DNA from: Gemmatimonadota bacterium
GTDB taxonomy: Bacteria; Gemmatimonadota; Gemmatimonadetes; Gemmatimonadales; Gemmatimonadaceae
Reading direction: 5' to 3'
Assembly (NCBI GenBank): GCA_025362095.1
Contig: JANYIJ010000100.1
Coordinates: forward strand, 775 to 64,774
DNA length: 64,000 nt
Positions within the stretch are counted from its first letter, which is position 1; each line of letters starts with the position of its first letter. Made by a program: the position numbers and the translations under genes. The notes under the pieces were generated by a model, which searched no databases, had not been told where the DNA came from, and saw only the letters and a program-made list of their open reading frames with translations. Positions 44,227-52,045 of this stretch are shown piece after piece.

Positions 44227-46470
44227 ATGAGGTCTCACGTCGCACTGCTCGTCCTCGCGATCGTCGCGACCGCTGCCGACGCGCAGGGGTCGAAACGGCT
44301 CGCGACCACAGAGCTGAAGCGCGGCCTCATCATCACGAAATCGACCACTCTCACGCGGAAGCGCTACCGGATTGCCGCGGCGTCGTCGCTCGATTCGGCC
44401 CTCATCGTCATCAAGGGCGACGATATCACGCTTGATCTCAACGAAGCGGTGATCGAAGGACTGGATCCCGCGGCGGATCCGGATCGCGCGGCCGGCGTGG
44501 CGATCCGCGTGGAGGGCGGCCGGAACATCACGATTCAGCGTGGCTCGATCCGCGGATACCGCGTCGGGATCCTCGCGCGTGGCACGAAGAACCTTGCGAT
44601 TCAGTACACCGACCTTGGATACAGCTGGAAGCCGCGCCTATACAGCCTGGTCGAACATGAGAGTCTCGCCGACTGGCTCTCGTTCCATCACAACGAGAAA
44701 GAAGAATGGCTGCGCTTCGGCGCCGCGATTTATCTCGACGGTGTCAGCGGGGGCGAGGTTCGGATCAATCGCGCCGAGCAGGGGATGAACGGATTGATGA
44801 TGGTTCGTACGGATCACGTGCGGGTCGTCGACAACACATTCCGATTTAACTCAGGTCTTGGAATCGGCATGTACCGCAGCGCATTCAACAGCGTGTTCCA
44901 GAACCGTCTGGACTTCAACGTGCGCGGATACAGCCAGGGATTCTACCGCCGCGGACAGGACTCGGCGGATCTCCTCATGTTCGAACAGAGCTCGCACAAC
45001 GAGGTCGCGTACAACTCCGCGACGCATGGCGGCGATGGGCTATTCCTCTGGGCCGGGCAAACGACGATGGATTCCGGTGAGGGCGGCGCGAATGACAATC
45101 TTTTTTTCGGGAATGATTTCAGCTTTGCGCCCACCAACGCGATGGAGGCGACGTTCAGCCGCAACGTCTTCGTGGGGAACCGCGCGGAGGGAAGCGACTA
45201 CGGTTTGTGGGGCGGGTACAGCTACGAGTCGAACGTGGTGGGCAATTGTTTCGTGCGAAACCGGGTGGGGATCGCCATCGAGCACGGGCAGGACAATCTG
45301 TTTCTGGCGAATCGATTCGAAGGCGATGGCACGGCGATCCGCCTCTGGGGCGACAAGGTCGAGCCCGGTGACTGGGGATATCCCAAGCATCGCGACACGA
45401 ACAGTCGGAACGCGCGGATCGAATCGAATCTCTTCTCGAGGAATCGCGTGGGCGTAAACGCCGCGAACACCCGAGAGATCGCATTGGCCGGAAACTCGTT
45501 CGCAGCCGTCGATACCATCGCTGTGTACAAAGACACCGCGGGCGTGCGGGTCGTTGGGAGCGCGGTGCTCGCAGCAAGCGATCCATCGTCTGTCGACCCC
45601 TGTCCGGCGATGGGTCCGTTGTCTCTGGAGTACGCGCGCCTCGCCCCGCACGCAGAGGGAATCACGGCTGTCGTGCCGTCCTCCGCGGACACGCGGCGCG
45701 ATCGATCGGCGATCATCGTAGACGAGTGGGGGCCGTATGATTGGCGCTCGCCGAAACTCTGGCCGGTGGACAGCACGCGCGCCATTCCTCTGCGGCTGGC
45801 CGTGCTCGGTCCCGAGGGCCGGTGGCGCGTCGTCGCGAAGCGCGGTGTCGCGTCGGTTTCCGCAACGAGCGGCGCAATGAACGACACCATCACGGTTTTA
45901 CCGCGCGCCGATTCGCTTCGTGATTGGCAGATCACGCTGGAGTTCATCGGCGCGCGCGTGGTCACCACGCGCGGCGCGATCGTGGCGCGCGACACGCCGT
46001 TGCGATTCTCGCACGGGTCATTCGAGCCGTTGAACGAATGGCAGGTAAAGTTCTTCATGTGGGGCGACAGCACCGATCCCCGTGGCAGGCAGCGCGAGTT
46101 CGCGGCGCTGTTGCAGGGCACGCCGATCGCCACCGCGCGGGCGGTCCGTCTCGACTACATGTGGTCGCGGCCGACGATTGCCGGACTGCCTTCGTCGAAG
46201 TGGGCGCTCGAAGCGACATCCACGGTCTCGCTCGCTCCGGGCACCTACACGCTTCGCTCGATCAGCGACGATGCCGTACGCGTGTGGATTGACGGAACGC
46301 TCGTCATCGACAACTGGAGCCCGCACGAATCGGCGGTCGATGCCGCACCGATTGCGGCGGGGCGCCATCACGTGCGGGTGCAGTACTATCAGGTGGATGG
46401 GTGGACGGAGCTGCGCATCGACATCGTGCGAGGCGCGCAACGAGCGTCCGGCTCGCCCGGTCCGCATTGA
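44227..46470 (+). CDS. Exported right-handed parallel beta-helix repeat protein with C-terminal PA14-like domain
   Basis: Signal MRSHVALLVLAIVATAADAQ. Periodic beta-helix repeats (N.F..N..GI.., V.GN.F..N..GI...). The C-terminus YTLRSISDDAVRVWIDGTLVIDNWS...HHVRVQYYQ is PA14-like. Confidence 0.7.
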   Translation: MRSHVALLVLAIVATAADAQGSKRLATTELKRGLIITKSTTLTRKRYRIAAASSLDSALIVIKGDDITLDLNEAVIEGLDPAADPDRAAGVAIRVEGGRNITIQRGSIRGYRVGILARGTKNLAIQYTDLGYSWKPRLYSLVEHESLADWLSFHHNEKEEWLRFGAAIYLDGVSGGEVRINRAEQGMNGLMMVRTDHVRVVDNTFRFNSGLGIGMYRSAFNSVFQNRLDFNVRGYSQGFYRRGQDSADLLMFEQSSHNEVAYNSATHGGDGLFLWAGQTTMDSGEGGANDNLFFGNDFSFAPTNAMEATFSRNVFVGNRAEGSDYGLWGGYSYESNVVGNCFVRNRVGIAIEHGQDNLFLANRFEGDGTAIRLWGDKVEPGDWGYPKHRDTNSRNARIESNLFSRNRVGVNAANTREIALAGNSFAAVDTIAVYKDTAGVRVVGSAVLAASDPSSVDPCPAMGPLSLEYARLAPHAEGITAVVPSSADTRRDRSAIIVDEWGPYDWRSPKLWPVDSTRAIPLRLAVLGPEGRWRVVAKRGVASVSATSGAMNDTITVLPRADSLRDWQITLEFIGARVVTTRGAIVARDTPLRFSHGSFEPLNEWQVKFFMWGDSTDPRGRQREFAALLQGTPIATARAVRLDYMWSRPTIAGLPSSKWALEATSTVSLAPGTYTLRSISDDAVRVWIDGTLVIDNWSPHESAVDAAPIAAGRHHVRVQYYQVDGWTELRIDIVRGAQRASGSPGPH

Positions 46471-46484
46471 CCGTCGTGCCCGGA

Positions 46485-47711
46485 ATGAAACGCGTCGTCG
46501 TCATTGGCGCGGGCGCAGCGGGCACGATGGCGGCAATCTTCGCAGCCGGCGCCGGCGCCGAAACGATTCTGCTCGAGCGCACGAAAGATGGCGGCCGCAA
46601 GATCCTCATCAGTGGTGGCGGGCGCTGCAATATTCTTCCATCGCGTCTCGACGAATCGCGATTCGTCACCGACTCGTCGTCCAACACGCTTCGCAAAATT
46701 GTGCGCAGCTGGCCGCTCGCCGAGCAAATCGCGTTCTTCGAGCGCGACATCGGAATCCCGCTCGTGGAGGAGACGGAATCGGTCAAGCTCTTTCCGGCGT
46801 CGCACAAAGCGCGCGATGTGCGCGACGGCCTCCTTTCGCATGCGCGCGCGCGCGGCGTGACGATTCGCACGGACACACTCGTGTCCGATGTGAGCCGTGT
46901 CGACTCGGGCTGGTCGGTCGCCCTGACCAATGCGGAGCCGATCAGGACCGACGCCGTGATCATCGCGAGCGGCGGACTCTCCGTGCCGATGACGGGAAGT
47001 GATGGGACCGGCCTGCGCATTGCGGAGAAACTCGGCCACACGATGCACGCGACCTACGCGGCGCTCACTCCGATCGTCGCGAGCGGTTCGTCATTTGCCG
47101 GCCTCTCCGGCGTGTCGCTCAGCGTCACGCTCACCGCGACCGCGCGGGACCGCAGCGCCGCGGCGACCGGAGGATTCTTGTTCACTCACGCCGGGTACAG
47201 CGGTCCATCGGTGCTCGACGTCTCACACGTGCTCGTGCGCTCGCGCGCAGAAAGCGATGATCCGCCCGCCCGGTTCACGGTGCGATGGACCGCACATGGC
47301 GACGCCGAGTGGAGCGAGCGATTGAAACCGCGCGGCGCGCGCACGGTCATCGGCGCTGTTCGCGCGGAACTGCCCGACCGTCTTGCGGCGATGCTGATCC
47401 ATGCCGCCGGGGTTGCACCGGATCGTGTGCTCTCGGAATTGCTGCGCGACGAACGGCTGCGGCTGATCGAGACGCTGGTGCGCGGCTCGCTCCCCTGGAC
47501 CGGAGACGAGGGCTACAAGAAGGCCGAGGTGACGGGCGGCGGTGTAAGCCTAGCCGAGATCGATCCGCGCACGATGGAAAGCAGACGCTGCGCCGGATTG
47601 TATTTGTGCGGCGAGGTGCTCGACGCGTTCGGGCCGATCGGCGGGTACAATTTTCTGTGGGCGTGGGCGACTGGACGTGCGGCGGGGATCGGGGCCGCGC
47701 GAACGCAGTGA
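46485..47711 (+). CDS. HI0933/BaiN-like NAD(P)/FAD-dependent flavoprotein
   Basis: MKRVVVIGAGAAGTMAAIFAAGAG...GRKILISGGGRCN is the family N-terminus. The C-terminal LYLCGEVLDAFGPIGGYNFLWAWATG is also present. Confidence 0.85.
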   Translation: MKRVVVIGAGAAGTMAAIFAAGAGAETILLERTKDGGRKILISGGGRCNILPSRLDESRFVTDSSSNTLRKIVRSWPLAEQIAFFERDIGIPLVEETESVKLFPASHKARDVRDGLLSHARARGVTIRTDTLVSDVSRVDSGWSVALTNAEPIRTDAVIIASGGLSVPMTGSDGTGLRIAEKLGHTMHATYAALTPIVASGSSFAGLSGVSLSVTLTATARDRSAAATGGFLFTHAGYSGPSVLDVSHVLVRSRAESDDPPARFTVRWTAHGDAEWSERLKPRGARTVIGAVRAELPDRLAAMLIHAAGVAPDRVLSELLRDERLRLIETLVRGSLPWTGDEGYKKAEVTGGGVSLAEIDPRTMESRRCAGLYLCGEVLDAFGPIGGYNFLWAWATGRAAGIGAARTQ

Positions 47712-47910
47712 CGAGTGCGAGTGTAAGTCGGCGGGATGAGTACGAGAAAGTAGTTCGGAGTCTGAGTCGGAGTGGGAGTTCAAGTGGGAGTGGGAGCTCA
47801 AGTGGGAGTGCTCCGACTCGCACTTCAACTCCGACTCGCACTCAGACTCCGCACTACTTTCTCGTACTCATCCCGCCGACTTGTACTCGCACTCGTCACT
47901 GCGTTCGCGC
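47697..47910. repeat. ~214-nt long inverted repeat (giant hairpin) with 6-nt internal periodicity, spanning most of the ~230-nt convergent intergenic region
   Basis: Outer arms 47697-47767 and 47840-47910 are reverse complements at 68 of 71 positions by hand alignment. The inner 72 nt is partly self-complementary and contains an 18-nt tandem duplication (gggagttcaagtgggagt / gggagctcaagtgggagt). The left arm includes the stop codon and last about 4 codons of the upstream gene. Confidence 0.9.
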
Positions 47911-47941
47911 CGCCCCCATCCCGTCCGCGCTGATCGTTTTC

Positions 47942-48991
47942 TCATCGCGTGCGACGCGCATTCCACCACATCAGAAATCCCGTAATCACTTGTGATGCCA
48001 TGACGAGCGCGGCGAGCAGCCACAGCGCCTCGCTCGGCTTCCCGAGCACGTCGCCCGTGTGCAGCGACCGCTTGAGGTTGTCGATGCGCGTGCCGAGCTG
48101 AGCCTCGCGCGTGCTGAGTCTTCCGAGCACGGCGCCTGCGTAGCGATCGACGAACACGCGGCTCCGGCCGCCCGGCGTGTGATCCTCTGGGAAACGCATC
48201 GCGACGGTCGCGGGATTCTTTTCGTTGCCGTTGGAGATGAACATGATATCTGCGCCGGGCAGCGCCGCGCGTGCGGCCGCTGCCAGCGCGTCGAATGACT
48301 GGAGCGGCGTGTTCGCAGGAGCCGCAGGTTGCCTGGGCGCGGGCGCCTGCGGGGTCGCGTCGAGCGACCGGATGGCATTCGTCAGCGCGTCGTAGTGAAT
48401 CACCAATCCGCTTCCGGTGATCACGATCAGAATCAGCGCCGCGCAGATTCCCATGGCGTGGTGAAGATCGAAGTTGACGCGTTTCCAGCTCGCGGCCGTC
48501 TGGATGCGGATGAGTTTGTCCGGCCACCAGAGAATGATTCCGGTTAGCACCAGGAACAGCGCAATCGCGGTCGCCACGCCGACGATCTCACGACCGATTT
48601 TCCCCGCGAACAGTTCGACGTGGAACACGTGCAGCCGCCGCGACAGCATGCCCTGTGACTCCAGCGGCGTTCGAGTCCCCGTGATCTCGCCCGTGTATGG
48701 ACTGACGAAAACTGTGAGGCCGCCCGCGTTCAGCGTCCACGCCCGATCCGGCACGGACGACGGTGAAATGGCTGCGATCTTTCCGCCCGGATACTTGGCC
48801 GCGACGCGCGCGACAATCGTGTCGATCGACAGCGCCGCGCCAGCGGGCATCACATGCCACTGCGATGGATGCAGTGCGCGGTCGATCGCGCCTTCGAACA
48901 CGAGCGAGGCGCCGCTCGCCGCGGTGCAGAGCAGAATGATGCCCACCACGAGCGCGGTCCAGCGATGGATGACGATCAGTGACTTTCGCAT
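47942..48991 (-). CDS. PepSY-associated TM-helix (PiuB-like) membrane protein
   Basis: N-terminal IVIHRWTALVVGIILL motif, a periplasmic PepSY-like segment, then further helices and C-terminal LHTGDVLG...ALWLLAALVMASQVITGFLMWW. The start is ATG 48991 or 49012. Confidence 0.75.
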   Translation of the reverse strand: MRKSLIVIHRWTALVVGIILLCTAASGASLVFEGAIDRALHPSQWHVMPAGAALSIDTIVARVAAKYPGGKIAAISPSSVPDRAWTLNAGGLTVFVSPYTGEITGTRTPLESQGMLSRRLHVFHVELFAGKIGREIVGVATAIALFLVLTGIILWWPDKLIRIQTAASWKRVNFDLHHAMGICAALILIVITGSGLVIHYDALTNAIRSLDATPQAPAPRQPAAPANTPLQSFDALAAAARAALPGADIMFISNGNEKNPATVAMRFPEDHTPGGRSRVFVDRYAGAVLGRLSTREAQLGTRIDNLKRSLHTGDVLGKPSEALWLLAALVMASQVITGFLMWWNARRTR

Positions 48992-49090
48992 CCGAGAAAG
49001 TTGGCCATCCACCGATTGCGGCGCGAGTGCGATGGTGCCACGGCGGTCCCGAGGAGATATTCCACATTCCGCCGAACGCGCGAGGTGTCA

Positions 49091-49897
49091 ATGCATGGAT
49101 CGAAAAAATACCGGGTCGCTCCCGGAGAATCGTTCTCGTGGAGTCGCGTCAACCCGGACGATTGCGGGACGTTCGGAAAAGAAGAGGACGCCCTCGGCCC
49201 CACAGAGGAGTACATCCGGAAGCTTGACCCGCTTCAGGAACGGCTCTACGCAGAGGGTGCGCAATCACTGCTGATCATCCTTCAGGCGCTCGACACGGGC
49301 GGCAAGGACGGCACGATCCGCCACGTCATGCGCGAGATAAATCCGCAGGGATGTCAGGTGACGTCGTTCAAAGCGCCGACACCCGATGAAATCGCGCACG
49401 ACTACCTCTGGCGCGTGCACAAGCATGTGCCCGCGAAGGGCATGGTCGGTATTTTCAACCGGTCACACTATGAGGACGTGCTGGTGACCCGCGTGCACGG
49501 CGCGCTGTCCGCAAAAAAGGCCGCGAAGCGGTTTCGGGAGATCAACGATTTTGAGCGGATGCTGTCGCACAATGGCACGACTATTGTAAAATTGTTTCTG
49601 TCCATCTCGAAGGACGAGCAGCGCAGGCGGCTGCAGGCGCGCGTGGACGATCCAAAGAAACGATGGAAATTCAGTCCGGCCGATATCACGGAGCGCAGAT
49701 ACTGGAATCGCTATCCTCAAGTGTGCGCCGAGGCGGTCGCGGCGACGAGCACGAAGCACGCGCCATGGTACGTGATTCCCGCCAACCACAAGTGGTACCG
49801 CAACTATCTCGTGGCGCGGGTTGTGGCAGAAACGCTCGAGTCGATGAACCCGCAGCTCCCCAAGGTCAAATCACCTTCTCGAATCAAGATTCGATGA
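49091..49897 (+). CDS. ppk2: Polyphosphate kinase 2 (PPK2) family phosphotransferase
   Basis: LLIILQALDTGGKDGTIRHV (Walker A-like), FNRSHYEDVLV and WYRNYL are typical of single-domain PPK2. Start set at MHGSKKY. Confidence 0.85.
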   Translation: MHGSKKYRVAPGESFSWSRVNPDDCGTFGKEEDALGPTEEYIRKLDPLQERLYAEGAQSLLIILQALDTGGKDGTIRHVMREINPQGCQVTSFKAPTPDEIAHDYLWRVHKHVPAKGMVGIFNRSHYEDVLVTRVHGALSAKKAAKRFREINDFERMLSHNGTTIVKLFLSISKDEQRRRLQARVDDPKKRWKFSPADITERRYWNRYPQVCAEAVAATSTKHAPWYVIPANHKWYRNYLVARVVAETLESMNPQLPKVKSPSRIKIR

Positions 49898-50487
49898 AAG
49901 AGACCAGCATCGACGACATCGCGATCGATGAGAACAATCCGCTGCTCGCGGACGTAATCGAGCGGAACATTCGCACGGTGAGCCGCTTGCGGCGGCAGGC
50001 CGCACGCGACCGGAGCTTGCAGGACAGAATCGCCGACGTCATCACGGCGTTCTCCGGCCGGACGGTGTTCGTATACTTGCACGTTGTCTGGTTTCTGTTC
50101 TGGATTTTGCTGAACGAGGGACGGTTTGGATTCAAACCGTTCGATCCGTTTCCATACGGACTGCTTACGATGGTCGTCTCGCTCGAGGCGATTTTTCTCT
50201 CGGCGTTCGTGCTCATCAGCCAGAGCAGACTTGCGGAGGCGGCCGAGCGGCGCGCCGACCTCGACCTGCACATCGGCCTGCTCACGGAGCACGAACTCAC
50301 GACCGCGCTGCGAATGCTGCACGCGATCCACCACAAGCTGGGGATCGCGGTTGATGACGATCACGAACTTGCCGATCTGGAGATGGAAACGAAGCCCGAG
50401 GATGTACTCGCCGAAATCGAGCGCGTGGAGAAGCGCGCGTCGGTGCGCATGGCGGCCTCCGAACTCAATCTTTCGGAGGACCCGTGA
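49894..50487 (+). CDS. DUF1003 family membrane protein
   Basis: Family core FDPFPYGLLTMVVSLEAIFLSAFVLISQSRLAEAAERRADLD. Its ATG overlaps the ppk2 stop (ATGA). Confidence 0.75.
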   Translation: MKETSIDDIAIDENNPLLADVIERNIRTVSRLRRQAARDRSLQDRIADVITAFSGRTVFVYLHVVWFLFWILLNEGRFGFKPFDPFPYGLLTMVVSLEAIFLSAFVLISQSRLAEAAERRADLDLHIGLLTEHELTTALRMLHAIHHKLGIAVDDDHELADLEMETKPEDVLAEIERVEKRASVRMAASELNLSEDP

Positions 50488-51095
50488 TTCCGGCGCACGA
50501 AGCGCTCGCGCGCCTGCAGGCGGGCAACGCCCGATTCACCGCGAACCTCCGCGGCACCGATGAGTTCGTGGCGCACACGCGTCGCCCGGAACTGAAGCTG
50601 ATTCAGGAACCGTTCGCGATCATTCTCGGCTGTTCCGACGCGCGTGTGCCCGCCGAGCTGATCTTTGATCAAGGGCTCGGCGATCTGTTCGTGATTCGTG
50701 TTGCAGGAAACATCATCGCACCATCGCTGGTGGGAAGCGTGGAATTCGCTGCCGAGCGCTTTCACACGCGGCTGGTGGTCGTCCTTGGCCACACGCAATG
50801 CGGCGCGATCGAAGCGACGCTCGAGGAGCTCCGGCGCCCCACGGAGAATCAGTCGCGGAATCTGCGCGCGATCGTCGAGCGCGTGCGGCCTTCGGTGGAG
50901 GGTCTGCTGCGGATGGATCCCGCCCTCGATGAAGTCGCGCTGAGACGAAGGGCTACGCGCGCGAATATCGCCGCCTCTGTCGATCACCTGCGCCACGGAT
51001 CGGAGGTGCTGGAGCAGCTGATCGAGACGAACGGCCTGGTGGTGGTGGGGGCCGAGTATTCGATCGAGACCGGGGTCGTCGAGTTTCTGACGTAA
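50484..51095 (+). CDS. Beta-class carbonic anhydrase
   Basis: Zn-ligand and active-site motifs CSDARVP and GHTQCGAI, plus VIRVAGN. The GTG start overlaps the upstream stop (GTGA). Confidence 0.85.
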   Translation: MIPAHEALARLQAGNARFTANLRGTDEFVAHTRRPELKLIQEPFAIILGCSDARVPAELIFDQGLGDLFVIRVAGNIIAPSLVGSVEFAAERFHTRLVVVLGHTQCGAIEATLEELRRPTENQSRNLRAIVERVRPSVEGLLRMDPALDEVALRRRATRANIAASVDHLRHGSEVLEQLIETNGLVVVGAEYSIETGVVEFLT

Positions 51096-51193
51096 GACTG
51101 ACGCGAAGGCAGGTATGCTCGGGCGTCGCCGCCCTTGCGTCCCCCTCTGCAGAGCGGGAGCTTTCACGCTTTCGGATACTCCCATTCAATCCG

Positions 51194-52045
51194 ATGATGG
51201 ACAACGAGATCACATCCACGGCCACGCGCGCGATCAGCGAACAATACGACGCGTTTCAGGCGTCGCTCGAAGCGCTCGCCTCACTCGGAGTTCAGCAGAA
51301 ATACCTGAACTACGGTTACCAGACGTCGAACGAAATTGGATACGAGCAGACGCAGGAACAGCTCTGTCTCGAAGTCTTCGGCGCCGCAGAGATCCAGCCG
51401 GCTGATGTGCTCGTGGACGTGGGATTCGGCAGCGGAGAGCAGTCGTTGCTGCTCTCGTCGCATTTCGAGTTCGCGCAGTACACCGGCTTCAATATTTCTG
51501 CCAATCAGGTTCGTTACGCTACGCATCGTGCCGCCGACCGCCACCTCTCGCACAAGCTCGAGTACCGGCACGGCGAGGCGGAGGTGCTTCCGGGCATCGC
51601 TGACAACTCGATCGACAAGCTGATGGCCGTGGAGTGCGCGTTCTACTTCGACCGTCCGCGCTTTTATGCGCGCGCCGCGGAGGTGCTCAAGCCTGGCGGA
51701 CGCGCGGTGCTCGCGGACATCACCCTCGCAAACTGGCTCGGATTCATGGGCCGTATGCGCGAGGATTTCAAGCGTGTTGGAACGCGCGGCGGAAACCAGC
51801 GCGAGTGGGAGCGCCATCTCGTGACGCGATCGATTCGTGACATCAACCCAGAGACGCGTCCGGGCGTGCAGCGCACAGTGTTCCGGATTCTCAAGCTCGC
51901 ATCGCTCGCGCGAATCACCGGCGCGCAGCGCCGGGAGTGGTGGAAGATGGCGTTCTACACCCAGCTCGTGGCGATCGGCCAGCTGCTCGGTATGGTGCGC
52001 TATGAGCTCATCGTTCTGGAGAAGAAGGCGGCCGACAGCGCGTGA
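51194..52045 (+). CDS. Class I SAM-dependent methyltransferase
   Basis: Motif I VLVDVGFGSGEQS, plus a post-I acidic residue and motif II/III spacing. Substrate is unknown. Confidence 0.7.
   Translation: MMDNEITSTATRAISEQYDAFQASLEALASLGVQQKYLNYGYQTSNEIGYEQTQEQLCLEVFGAAEIQPADVLVDVGFGSGEQSLLLSSHFEFAQYTGFNISANQVRYATHRAADRHLSHKLEYRHGEAEVLPGIADNSIDKLMAVECAFYFDRPRFYARAAEVLKPGGRAVLADITLANWLGFMGRMREDFKRVGTRGGNQREWERHLVTRSIRDINPETRPGVQRTVFRILKLASLARITGAQRREWWKMAFYTQLVAIGQLLGMVRYELIVLEKKAADSA

Noticed and set aside
47760-47830. Possible CRISPR-like or tandem-repeat array (18-nt duplicated unit, hexamer periodicity)
   Set aside because: There are only two tandem units, no spacers of unique sequence and no cas genes. 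The units are part of a palindrome.
47285-47995. 236-aa + strand ORF crossing the giant palindrome and encoding a Ser/Gly-rich stretch (SLSRSGSSSGSGSSSGS...TRTSTPTRTQTP)
   Set aside because: The apparent repeat protein is just the translation of the hexamer-periodic inverted repeat. The upstream part is out of frame with the well-supported HI0933-like gene. The same reasoning rejects 47347-47841(-), 47550-47828(-) and 47868-48527(-).
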